This document shows, one piece after another, positions 12,628 to 22,901 of a DNA stretch of 64,000 nt. The notes under the pieces were generated by a model. The model made no database searches. It saw nothing but the letters and a program-made list of their open reading frames with translations, and was not told the origin of the DNA. A program made the position numbers and the translations under genes. Within the stretch, counting starts at the first letter, position 1. The number at the start of each line of letters is the position of its first letter. The DNA is taken from contig NW_024704761.1 of NCBI RefSeq assembly GCF_018977255.1, forward strand, positions 5,828,001 to 5,892,000, given 5' to 3'. The DNA is from Callorhinchus milii (taxonomy: Eukaryota).

Positions 12628-15204
12628 AACTCTTTCCAGGGTTCGATGAGGCTGTGCACGAGCATTGAGGTAGAAGTGACATTTGATCTGTTTGAATGCG
12701 AGACAGCAACATACATAGCTTACATGAAAAAAACTTTTATTTTTTCAATTCAGCTCCCCCCCCCCCTCCCCATAAAACATATACATATGTTAAATGTCCA
12801 TTTAACATAAGTCTAACTTATGCAAGTAAAATATTTCAAAGGAATTGCACCAATTACCTGGATATACCTTCCCCCCCATCTCCTTCCTCCTACTTTACAA
12901 CAAAGTAAGTGTCCAGCAATATTTATGAGCCTACATTCCAAAGACGTTTTTTTTTTCCTTGAATTTTCCAACCTGTTACCCATCTCGTATCCAATATGTC
13001 TTTTATGTACTGCCACCCACACGGGTCCAGAGCCTATCATAAATCTTCGGTTCTGTTAGTATTGCAGAGCAGTTCACTTCTGCTGTTCTGGATCCATCAA
13101 TACACTCTGATCAATTGGTGGACACAGTACTGGACTCGGGTGGTGACTGACTCGACCAGAGCTGCAGTCAGTGCTCTTTATCAACAGGACAGCTTGTCAA
13201 GTGAGATATATTCAACCTCACTCCCCCACACACTACCCTCCCCCAATCACTTCCTGTGGAGCATTCAAGGTAGACTAACTACTGTACCACGAAACACAAT
13301 TTTTTTTTACTTTATGTACTCTTGAGTTCCTTTCCAAACTGAACACTTTCCATAGGAATAACTATTTATTTGTAAATAGGAGACAGACTAAAACTTTAAC
13401 CCACGTGCTACATGGGTTTTCTATATAACTATATATTATATATATATTTCTATATATTGGCAATGTAGTATATTCCTAAACTGTGTAAATGAACCAGATG
13501 AGGATCAGGTTTGAAACTTAAAGGTACTTGGTTGACAAATTACAACAGCAAACAAATTTACATTTATACAGTGTATAGTGCTTCTTTACTGTGCATGGTT
13601 TAAGACTATTAGATATACCAACAGGGGGAACGGCGATACTGTATATGTATGGTAACATTTCATGGGTAAATCAAATGATGTTACTTTATTGAACGTGTGC
13701 CCACAAAATGCAACAGCCAATGCACCTCCGAATATTTAGTTCGTTTCCTCAATATAAATTCTAATTTAGGTGGAAAACGCTTGGTTTGTGAGAGACGTGG
13801 AACACTGAGTGGCCAAAGGTGTGCGATGGGACTCTGTTTCTTCTATATGCCGAACAACAGATGCCATTGGATCGTAGCTGAAAACGCACAGTTGTTATGA
13901 TCAGTGTTATTTTGCGTTTGATCACGAGATAAACAGCCACATTTTGTTCCCATTTATCCCTTGGAGATACAATGACCTTCAAGGGGCGCTGACCATGCGT
14001 GGAGTAGGCACTTTAACACTGCGAACCGGGCCAAATTATCTGTATCGAAAGAGAGAGAGAAAATATCACGAACCAGTAGTTCAATGTCATCCTTTGAAAC
14101 AGTTAGTCAGTCAACTCTTCGAAATCGCATCAGGGGAGAATATTGCACATGAATTGAGCTGACGCACAGATCCAAACCTATATTTTTCTGCAACAAAAAA
14201 AACCCCCTATAATAATCGCAATGCAGAAGAAAGGTTATTATGCATTGCGTATTACTGAAAGTATGTACTCAAATTGGGTTTATCCGTCTCCCTTGTGCTA
14301 TCTATAACATTTGCTATAAGCTCCAGATTCCCTAACAGAGGCCCAGATGGGTACTAAAGCAATCCTCTTCCCTTTACACTTCTCCAGAGCGCCTTTTTCC
14401 TCCAACATTTGCGACGCTTATTTGTGAGGATATTGGTGTGGTGTCGCGTTATCCGCACAGAGGTTCCTGGTGTAAACCATTCTGATTCAACGGTATGATC
14501 TCAGTGTTGGATGGCTCTTGGAATCAGGTCCCAAACGTTCCCACGATCGGAGGGTTTCCGATACGGGATACAGAAGAGATTAGTCGCACCAATTATTAAT
14601 GCTTTCCCGATATTTGGTGGGTCATCTTTCATTGCCTAATTTCACCCACAGGCGTTAAGACGTGTTAACTAACTTAACACGTGTTAAGTTCTGGACATTT
14701 TCATTTCACGCCTCGCACTTTGATGCATCAGAGAGTTTGGAAAGCTATGTCGAGAAAGTTAAAGCGTTCTCGTGTTTTTTTTCCATTGGGTTGGGTTACA
14801 GAGTGGGCTATGAAACCGCTCAGGCAAAAAATAATGCCACGAGTTATTTCTTAAACAGTTCAGATAATTTCTGAATACACGCGTACTGGACGAGCTGAAG
14901 CGCGTGGAGTATTTAGTTGTATTTTCTCTTCAAACAGAACCCAAAACTGCTGTTATTTGTGTATGTATCGGTTTATTTAGGACTGATATGCCCTGTTAGA
15001 CACTTTTCATATTATTGCTGATGCGACACTGACCTTTCTGGTTTCTAGTGCAGTAGATAGAGCTGTTCCCCCCCCCCCCAATGTCCATAGATACAATTAC
15101 TAAACTGTTGGAATAAACCACACTGGGGCATTATAACTAACACATACTCTGCTCGCACTTTAACTGGTTATTGGTGTATTTGTCGATATTGTAAATAACC
15201 ATAT

Positions 15205-15310
15205 AGTAATAACCTTCCATTTGATATACCGCCTCATCACGTCGTTGAGACTCAAACAGCTTCACAGAATATGTTGTCAAGTGAATTGACTCTGTATCGT
15301 GTGGGCGAAA
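15205..15310 (-). mobile_element. SINE 3' tail fragment
   Basis: CATTTGATATACCGCC..AGCTTCACAGAATATGTTGTCAAGTGAATTGACT..GTGGGCGAA. Confidence 0.7.
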
Positions 15311-15929
15311 TGGCCACAAGTAAACAGCAATTGATCAGTTGCACATAGCACATTGACTTCGGAACTAAGTAATATATATATATGTATATTGTTTTACATA
15401 ACGAACAGAGACAAAAAGGCCACTGATTGTCACGTGTAATGAAATCCGGAACATTATATTATTGCCAATTCATCTTCAGAGGTAAACAACCAACAGCTTT
15501 GTGTGAAACAACCCCGAGAACAACATTTTAACCATTGGGTCGTTCAATTAAATGCATCGTTGCATATAATGAAGCGACGGATTAATTTAGGGCGACTACT
15601 TTCCAATTACACATCCCCCTGATCTCTGTCGCTCGCAACATTATTCGCTAACATGCGCCTGCTTTAAACTGCAACGAGAATCTCTCTTTTTTTCATTGTA
15701 TTTTTTCCTGGGTGGGGGGGGGGGCACACTTTTATTTAAACGTTGTGCAAAATATTGCCATAACGACAACAAGTCGTTCTGTGCACATTCAGGATTCGGA
15801 GCGGATGGTATTGCACTGTTGTGTCGAGTGCGTATTAAACGATGGGGAACTGGTGTGTGTATGTGTGTGTGAGTGAGTGTGTGTGTGGGGGGGGGAGGGG
15901 GGAGGGGGTCGGGGTTTCTTTCCAACGTG

Positions 15930-16445
15930 AAGTCGGTGGCGATTGTCGCGATGGACATTAATAAGTTCAAAGGTTGCAAAATCCTTTTGGGTGTGTGTGT
16001 GTGTGTGTGGGGGGGGTCCATCTGCTGGATGATTAATTGCCATTTATTCACCAACTTTCCAGGACAAGTGCAAACTGCTACAAAATGGATCCTGGTGACT
16101 ATTTATCTGCCTGGTTGCATCACTTCCTAGTGTGCAGTTTCCCCCCTCCCCTCTCGGTCTCTCGCCTCTGCCTTGCCTGCCAATAGGCAAGACTGCCTGT
16201 CACCATCCCTCCCTCCCTCCCTCCATCCCTCCCTCCCTGGGTCTCAGCAAGTCGGAGCTGTAGCGAGCAGCAGAGGGAGGAGGAGGGGAGTGAGTGAGAG
16301 AGAGAGAGGGGGGGAGAGAGAGAGAGAGGGTAAGGCTGACAAGTCGCAGTAAAGCGAAACGTCAGGGGCGGATTATTATGGGCTGGCGCCGGGGCATCAG
16401 CTGAAAGGCAACTGGGAGCTCGGGCAGCCACACCGCGGGGGAGAC
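15930..16445 (+). promoter_or_regulatory. CBX8: CBX8 promoter / 5' UTR region
   Basis: GC/CpG-rich segment immediately upstream of the start codon with CACTTCCT (ETS), CCAAT, GGGGCGG (Sp/KLF) motifs and (GA)n tracts; TSS not determinable. Confidence 0.65.
16378..16404 (+). other. Upstream ORF (MGWRRGIS*) in CBX8 leader
   Basis: ATT-ATG-G (A at -3, G at +4), 8 codons, TGA at 16402-16404, 41 nt before main ATG; requires TSS upstream of 16378. Confidence 0.55.
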
Positions 16446-16514
16446 ATGGAGCTCTCCGCCGTGGGGGAGAGGGTTTTCGCTGCTGAATCGCTGCTCAAGC
16501 GACGCATCAGGAAA
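16446..16514 (+). CDS. CBX8: CBX8 coding exon 1 (69 nt)
   Basis: ATG at 16446; donor GTAAGC at 16515. Confidence 0.96.
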
Positions 16515-19000
16515 GTAAGCGGCCGTCTCTCTCTCTCTCTCTCTCCCTCCCTCTCCCTCCCTCCCTCTTCCCCCTTCCTCCCCTCCTCCCTTCCTCCCCT
16601 CTTCCCCCATCGAGTCCAAAACTCAACTGGACCCGCACTCGGCCATTTCCAATGCAGATCGCTTGTAAATGCTACTCACACTCACTCACTCACTCACTCT
16701 CACTCTCACTCTCTCTCTCTTTCTCTCGCCCTCTCTCACACACTCTCTCTCTCTCTCTCTCTCCCTTTTCACTAGGGTCGAGTCGAATACCTGGTGAAAT
16801 GGAAGGGCTGGTCTCCTAAGTAAGTGTCAGTCAGCGTCGCATCGACTCGCATTGACTCTTGCCTAGTAATCAATCGCACGTTTGCACCGACCGAGTTTCT
16901 GGTTCGNNNNNNNNNNNNNNNNNNNNNNNNNNNNNNNNNNNNNNNNNNNNNNNNNNNNNNNNNNNNNNNNNNNNNNNNNNNNNNNNNNNNNNNNNNNNNN
17001 NNNNNNNNNNNNNNNNNNNNNNNNNNNNNNNNNNNNNNNNNNNNNNNNNNNNNNNNNNNNNNNNNNNNNNNNNNNNNNCGTGGGAACCAGAAGAAAATAT
17101 CTTGGATTCGCGACTGATATCAGCCTTTGACGAGAGGTGAAGGAGTCCTTTTTTTAAAGCCACGTTTTTTTTTGTAAACCAATATAGCTCTATATATCTA
17201 TATATATTAGTTGTGCAAATTCGTATTTTTAGCGTTGATTTTTTTTATTTAATATATATATAAAAAAAATTAAAAAAAAAATTGTTTGGCAAAGTAAATT
17301 TTATTTCGATCCGTAACGACCACATTCCCCCCCCCACCCTCCTTTCCCCTCCCTCCCTCCCTCCCTTCCTCCCTTCCTCTCCACTCTTCTGACACACAGG
17401 GAACGAGAGAGAGAGATATATGGGCCAAAAAAGCGTGGACCCAAACCGAAAACGTTCCTATTGAGGGTAAATAAACTCCTCTCGTTGGAAATAACTTATT
17501 GGGGGGTGAGAGTGAGTGTGTGTTGAGTGAGTGAGTGAGAGTGAGTGAGTGTTTCAGTGAGTCTGAGTGTGTGAGTGTGTTTTGAGAGTGAGTGAGTGAG
17601 TCTGAGTGTGTGTGTGTGTGAGTGAGTGTGTGAGAGTGAGTCAGTGTGAGAGTGAGTGAGTGTGTGAGAGTGAGTGAGTGTGTGAGTCTGAGTGTATGTG
17701 TGAGTCTGAGTGTATGTGTGAGTCTGAGTGTGTGTGAGTGAGTGTGAGTGGATTGGGGAAGAAAATAAACAGAGTAAGGAAATGAGTGTGTGTTGTTTTT
17801 TTCCCCCTCTCTCTATCTCTCTCTATCACTCACTCTCTCTCTCTCTCTCTCTCACTCACTCACTCTCACTCTCTCTATCACTCTTATCACTCACTCACTC
17901 TCTCTCTCTATCTCAAGGCTAAAGCCAAAACCTACACCTTCCGCAGTGACCTGGTCCGGGGGCTGAGGGTCACGTACCCTCCGGGGCGGTCCCGGGAGGC
18001 CGCCTTCTCCTCCACCCGGTCCCGGGAAGGTCCGCGGAGGGACCCGGCGGGGGACCTGCCGCACGGGGGGGAGCCTTCGAGGGAGCGGGCGGACGGGACG
18101 ATGGACGAGCCCCGCAGAGGGCAGCCCAAGCCCGGGCCCCCGGGCCGGCCGGTCAGGGCGGAGGGGGGGCCCGGGAGAAAGGGGGCCAAAGCCGGCCAAG
18201 CGGACGGCAAGTCCGGCCCCGGCCCGGCCCCCTCCCCGAAGAGGAGCGGCCAAGCCGAGCCGCGCCCGGCGGACCGGACCGGGACCGGGACCGGGACCGG
18301 GACTTACCCCCACTTCAAGCGGAGGAAGTCGGAGGAGTTGGACTCCGGGAGCGACGACGACTTGGACGGGAAGGCGGCGGCGGCGGCGGCGGCGGATGGA
18401 CTGAGCCGCTCTGGTGGGAGGCGGGAGGCGAAGCTCAGCCACAGCGGTGGTGGAGGAGGAGGAGGAGGGGGTGGAGGGGCGATGGGTCACACCCCGTCCA
18501 GGACACCAGCAAACCGGGCCGGGCCGCTCAGCCCGGGGGAGCGGCTGAGCCCGGGCGCCGCGTACGGGGCGGCGGCGGCGGCGGCGGCGGACGCTTCGAG
18601 GCTCAAACGCGGGTCGGATCCCATCCGGAGCCAATCCCGGACTAAGCCCGGCTTCCAGAGCGCCGTGTCCAGGGGTAAGGCTGGAGGGGCGCGAGCGCCC
18701 GAACTCACGGCCAAACTGGGCTCCGGGACCGGGACCACCGCCGCCGCCGCCGTCAGCAACAACAACAACAACAACAGCAGCAGCAGCAGCACCACCAGGG
18801 GTCAGCCGCCCGGGCCGAGGGTCCCCGGGGTGGGGGTCAAGCTCCCGGGGCCCGGGTTCCTGGCCGAGCCGGAGGAGTCCTGGAGCCCCTCCTTGAACAA
18901 TCTGGAGAAGGTGGTGGTCACCGATGTGACTTCCAACTTCCTGACCGTCACCATCAAAGAGAGCAGCACAGACGAAGGCTTTTTCAAAGAGAAAAGTTGA
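16446..19000 (+). CDS. CBX8: Chromobox protein homolog 8 (PRC1 Polycomb subunit), whole CDS span, 5 exons, ~442 aa
   Basis: Chromodomain MELSAVGERVFAAESLLKRRIRK/GRVEYLVKWKGWSPK/..[27 protein letters not shown] motif, CBX8-diagnostic AKAKTY.FRSD..RG.R..YP and Pc box ESWSPSLNNLEKVVVTDVTSNFLTVTIKESSTDEGFFKEKS; all visible junctions GT-AG and in phase. Confidence 0.95.
16776..16819 (+). CDS. CBX8: CBX8 exon 2 (44 nt)
   Basis: Pyrimidine tract+TAG acceptor; GRVEYLVKWKGWSP; donor GTAAGT at 16820. Confidence 0.96.
16907..17078. other. Assembly gap (172 N), hides CBX8 exon 3 acceptor and ~8 coding nt
   Basis: Run of N. Confidence 1.
17079..17136 (+). CDS. CBX8: CBX8 exon 3 (visible part; expected 66 nt)
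   Basis: [18 protein letters not shown](R); donor GTGAAG at 17137. Confidence 0.93.
17400..17466 (+). CDS. CBX8: CBX8 exon 4 (67 nt)
   Basis: CAG acceptor; EREREIYGPKKRGPKPKTFLLR; donor GTAAAT at 17467. Confidence 0.95.
17505..17750. repeat. (GAGT/GT)n compound microsatellite in CBX8 intron 4
   Basis: Visible GAGT/GTGT tandem units. Confidence 0.9.
17918..19000 (+). CDS. CBX8: CBX8 exon 5 coding part (1083 nt incl. TGA)
   Basis: (CT)n tract+AAG acceptor, in frame with ORF 17786-19000; ends in Pc box. Confidence 0.93.
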   Translation, partial: AKAKTYTFRSDLVRGLRVTYPPGRSREAAFSSTRSREGPRRDPAGDLPHGGEPSRERADGTMDEPRRGQPKPGPPGRPVRAEGGPGRKGAKAGQADGKSGPGPAPSPKRSGQAEPRPADRTGTGTGTGTYPHFKRRKSEELDSGSDDDLDGKAAAAAAADGLSRSGGRREAKLSHSGGGGGGGGGGGAMGHTPSRTPANRAGPLSPGERLSPGAAYGAAAAAAADASRLKRGSDPIRSQSRTKPGFQSAVSRGKAGGARAPELTAKLGSGTGTTAAAAVSNNNNNNSSSSSTTRGQPPGPRVPGVGVKLPGPGFLAEPEESWSPSLNNLEKVVVTDVTSNFLTVTIKESSTDEGFFKEKS

Positions 19001-19117
19001 GCCCCAAACCCCCCCCCCCTCAACCCCCCCCCCCCCAAACCCCCACACACACACTTTGAGCCCAACCCCCACACATTTTAAAACAAAAAAGAGAGAAAAA
19101 AAAAGAGAAATTAAATA

Positions 19118-19290
19118 CCTTTTTTTTCCCCCTCTCCTCCTCCTCCTCCCCTTTTTTTTCCCCCCTTCCTCCTCTCCTCCTCCTCCTCCCCTTTTTTTCC
19201 CCCCTCTCCTCCTCCTCCTCCCCTTTTTTTCCCCCCTCTCCTCCTCTCCTCCTCCCCTTTTTTTCCCCCTCCTCCTCCTCCTCCTCCCCG
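19118..19290. repeat. Polypyrimidine tandem repeat (T6-8 C5-6 (TCC)n, ~5 units) in CBX8 3' UTR
   Basis: Directly visible. Confidence 0.9.
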
Positions 19291-19564
19291 GTGTGGCGAT
19301 GGGTGACAGGTGACAGAGGCTGTGCGGGTGGTTTCGGCCACACACACCTCTCTCTGGTGATGTGATGTGACGGACGGTAACTGACTGACCCACCGGGGAC
19401 CGCGGAAGGTCTTTTCTCTCTCTTCGGGGCCTCCGCACTCGGGGGTTTGGATCGATCTCACGTTGTCCCGCGTTACAGCCGTCGCGTAAATCCGATTGAT
19501 AACCCCCCGATTGGTTTTAAGTAGCCAAACGTTTTGACACTGGCTTTTTTTTTAGTCGAAGGGC

Positions 19565-19955
19565 GTGTGTGTTTGTGTGTGTGTGAGTCTTGTCTGTGTG
19601 TGTGTCTTGTGTGTATGTGTGTTGTCTGTGTGTGTCTTGTCTGTGTGTGTGTGTCTTGTCTGTGTATGTGTGTGTGTGTCTTGTCTGTGTATGTGTGTGC
19701 GTGTCTTGTCTGTGTGTGTGTCTTGTCTGTGTGTGTGTCTTGTCTGTGTGTGTCTTGTATGTGTGTGTGTGTGTCTTGTCTGTGTGTGTGTGTCTTGTGT
19801 GTGTGTGTGTCCTGTCTGTGTGTGTCCTGTCTGTGTGTGTGTGTCTTGTCTGTCTGTGTGTATGTGTGTGTGTCCTGTCTGTATGTGTGTCTTGTCTGTG
19901 TGTGTCTTGTCTGTGTGTATGTGTGTGTGTCCTGTCTGTCTGTGTGTGTCTTGTC

Positions 19956-19986
<31 letters not shown>
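19565..19986. repeat. TG-rich compound repeat ((TG)n TCTTGTC) in CBX8 3' UTR
   Basis: Directly visible. Confidence 0.95.
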
Positions 19987-19987
<1 letters not shown>

Positions 19988-22895
19988 GAGGGGAGAGGAG
20001 AGATAAATGTGGCTCGATGGCTCTTTTTAGCTAAACTGTCAAGTTATCTAACCCGCCAGGCATTGTGGATTGTGACCCTGAATCAGCAATGCTAACCGGT
20101 TTCATTTCATCTGCAGAGATCTTGATCACTGTAACTCGCATTAAGTTTAACTTATAAAGTCCTACTAATATTACCAGTAAAGCGTTTTTAAGAATGCTCC
20201 ATGCAAGAACTGGATTGGCCTTTTAGTTCTTCTCCAGTGCCTGGGACATCTACCCTGTTAGTACTGTACTTTAAAGCTGACATAACAAACTGTTCTTTCT
20301 CTCCCTCTCTCCCCTCTCTTTCTCTCTCTCAATCTCTCTCTCTTGGCATCTATGTGGAATGTTTTTGTGTATTCAGTACAGTACTGCCGTTTGCACTTTT
20401 ATTTACGCGCGTCAAAGTATTAATGGAGGCCAGCGCTCATTTCACTGCGATTGAGGTGCTGTGGTGTGTCCTCTGTTCGGAATATTAACCTACAAAAGGT
20501 GTAATATTTATCAGTACCCATACGAACTTGTGCAATGAAACTTCGTATGGGGCACGCCCATGTGTTTATATGACTATAAACATAGACACATGGGGTGGGG
20601 ATATCACTGTGTTGGCCATTTGTCAAAAGGTTATACACCCACCCATCCTGGTAGTGCAAATAACGCTTGATTTGGTGATCTTTTGCATCCAGACCGTTCC
20701 ACTCCCCTCTTGTGGAGACACGGTGTACACAGTGGGATAGTTTTATTATGGGGGGGCTCTTCTTGTTGCTTTAGACCCCTGAAAACTAAGAGGCTTTGGT
20801 CCATGTGTTACCTGATCTGTTAAACTGCGATTGAAAATATACCATTGCAAACAATTAGTTAACTATTAAGTATTTTGTTCAGAGATGGAATTTCCCCCCC
20901 CCACCATAATAAAGGGAAAATTGCACTCAATTGAAATTTGGGAGGTGGGGGGGGAACTATTGGCTATTGGCTTTATGTTGTTTTCAGGATCCTACTAACA
21001 AGTTCCTCACTGAATTATTGATGTAGGTTTACAGAGGTTAAGCTCTGATGACTGATGGCTGTAATAGTGTAGCATGTTCTTTAACATTCTTTTCAAACAG
21101 TCTCTGCCTTCTGTCAGACCTGCCCATTCACATTATTTTTTGTTTTCGTTTGATATTTCCTTCACCTGTTGGTTTCCATGTATTTTTAATCTCTTGGATT
21201 CCAACAATTTCTGTAGAAATGACAACAGAATGAAAGTATGTCAACAGTAGCCTCCTCCAGCCTTCCCCTCGCAAGTTAGTTAGGAATTTGATTCCCCCCC
21301 CCCCACCACTACACACACACACACACAAGTTTCCCAAATAAATAGTGTTTTTTATAAAACAAAAGGTCCAAGGAATCTCCCGCACAATGGTTGGAAAGAG
21401 AAGGTTGCACTCTGTTGCACAGAGTTCCTGTGTTCCAGAATTTATTTACCAATTGAAGAAAGATTGTGAAATCAGATGAGAATTGAAAGCAATGGGGAAT
21501 TCACATCACTGCTCCTTGTGAAGCACTGTTCAGCCCTTTTCGCCAATTAATAAGACTTATTGCATGGGGCCTACAGTAGAGCTTAACCAATGAGTTATTT
21601 CAATGGGGAGAAGGAGGGGGTTGTTGGAAGCAGAAACCCTATTGGCAGAATGACATTTCATCTTTCAACTCTTGATAGTTCCTGTTGCAGACCACCAGAA
21701 TTAACAACCCAATGATTGCCAAGGCCCAACTTTATGGTATCAGTATTGTTCTAAACCTTCACCAACCCTGTCAAGCATATATTCACCCCAACCCTTACAA
21801 ATACTTAAATTGTTTTGAATCTGCACATGATCCTTCAAATCTTATGGCTTCAGAAGGATGGGGAGGATCGGAATATGTCTTCAGATGCCTTGGTTGTTTA
21901 AATATTGAAATACAGTCTTATGTATCTGAAAGAAATGTATATATTTGCTTTAGGCTAGTTTTGATCAGATATTGAGCTTGTCTTTGAAAATCAGTTTGGA
22001 ATATTTTTTTACACAGGTGTGCATGCATTTGATAGTCATCCCTGGCATAGGCACAAGACTGTGCTATAGAGTAATGAAAGGAATACAGAAAATATGTTTG
22101 ATAAGATACATACACTTTGCCAAAATAATTTACCAAAGGAAACAATTTCAATATTGTGAATAGACCTACAATTGGGATGGACCTAATGAAACAAAACCTA
22201 TTCAGAACAGTCTGTTTATAGATCAGAGAATTGTTATGTACTTCATTTTTCTGTAACATTAGAAGTGTTTTTTAAAAAAAAGATAAACGTGCAGTTGTAT
22301 AACACATAATGCCGTGGTGCACTTACTGAAGTAACTCAAAGGATGCTTTAACCTATTGTACTTTGAATGTTTTGGAGTATTAGCATTTGAAGATGCAGTA
22401 CCTGATGGTGAATGTAATGTAATTTAGGGTGTTATGAAGCCCTATCATTGGGTTTCTGGGGACTATCAGATGTTTTGGTGCTTGTGGAAAAGGTTCCACA
22501 ATATATCTTAAGTTCTCAAAGGAACTTTACCGCAAAGTTTACCACAAGAGGTTTGACTATGAAATGAAGCCAGGACTAAATGCAATTTATAGATGGTTGT
22601 TTACAGTCCTTTCTTTGAAAGAGGCTGAAAAATGTTTTTTTTTTTGAAAAGGACTGTTTTAAAACAAATCCACCTTTTCCTAAAGTTGGAATGCCCAGAA
22701 TTAAATTTATCTCTCAAGAGTAAGATTTCCTTAAGTTGTGGATTTATGAAGAGTGTTTATGAAAGTTATTTTGTACAGATCAAAAAATCTAACAATTTTT
22801 TGTCAAGATTTTAAAACAAAAAAAGAATGTATATCTGGACATAACTATTTTATGTAATTTTTCTGTATAATGGCAACGTTTAAGACATTGCACTT

Positions 22896-22901
22896 AATAA
22901 A
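22896..22901 (+). terminator. CBX8: Candidate CBX8 polyadenylation signal AATAAA (second candidate ~23046)
   Basis: AATAAA at the end of a U-rich, TGTA-rich, transposon-free stretch; implies ~3.9 kb 3' UTR. Confidence 0.55.

Noticed and set aside
13976-13992. CTCF-like motif CCTTCAAGGGGCGCTG (and a weaker one near 57003)
   Set aside because: Mismatches at core positions; not supportable without a PWM scan or ChIP
1-15900. CBX4 exons expected upstream of CBX8
   Set aside because: No chromodomain or Pc-box coding sequence found; probably outside the window
16446-19000. Assignment as CBX6
   Set aside because: N-terminus is similar, but AKAKTY.FRSD, the Pc box ending GFFKEKS and convergent linkage with CBX2 indicate CBX8
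17891-19438. 515-aa antisense ORF over CBX8 exon 5
   Set aside because: Shadow frame of a very GC-rich exon plus purine-repeat UTR; low-complexity translation, no independent gene signals
19534-20095. Cys/Val-rich ORFs in three frames
   Set aside because: Translation of a TG microsatellite
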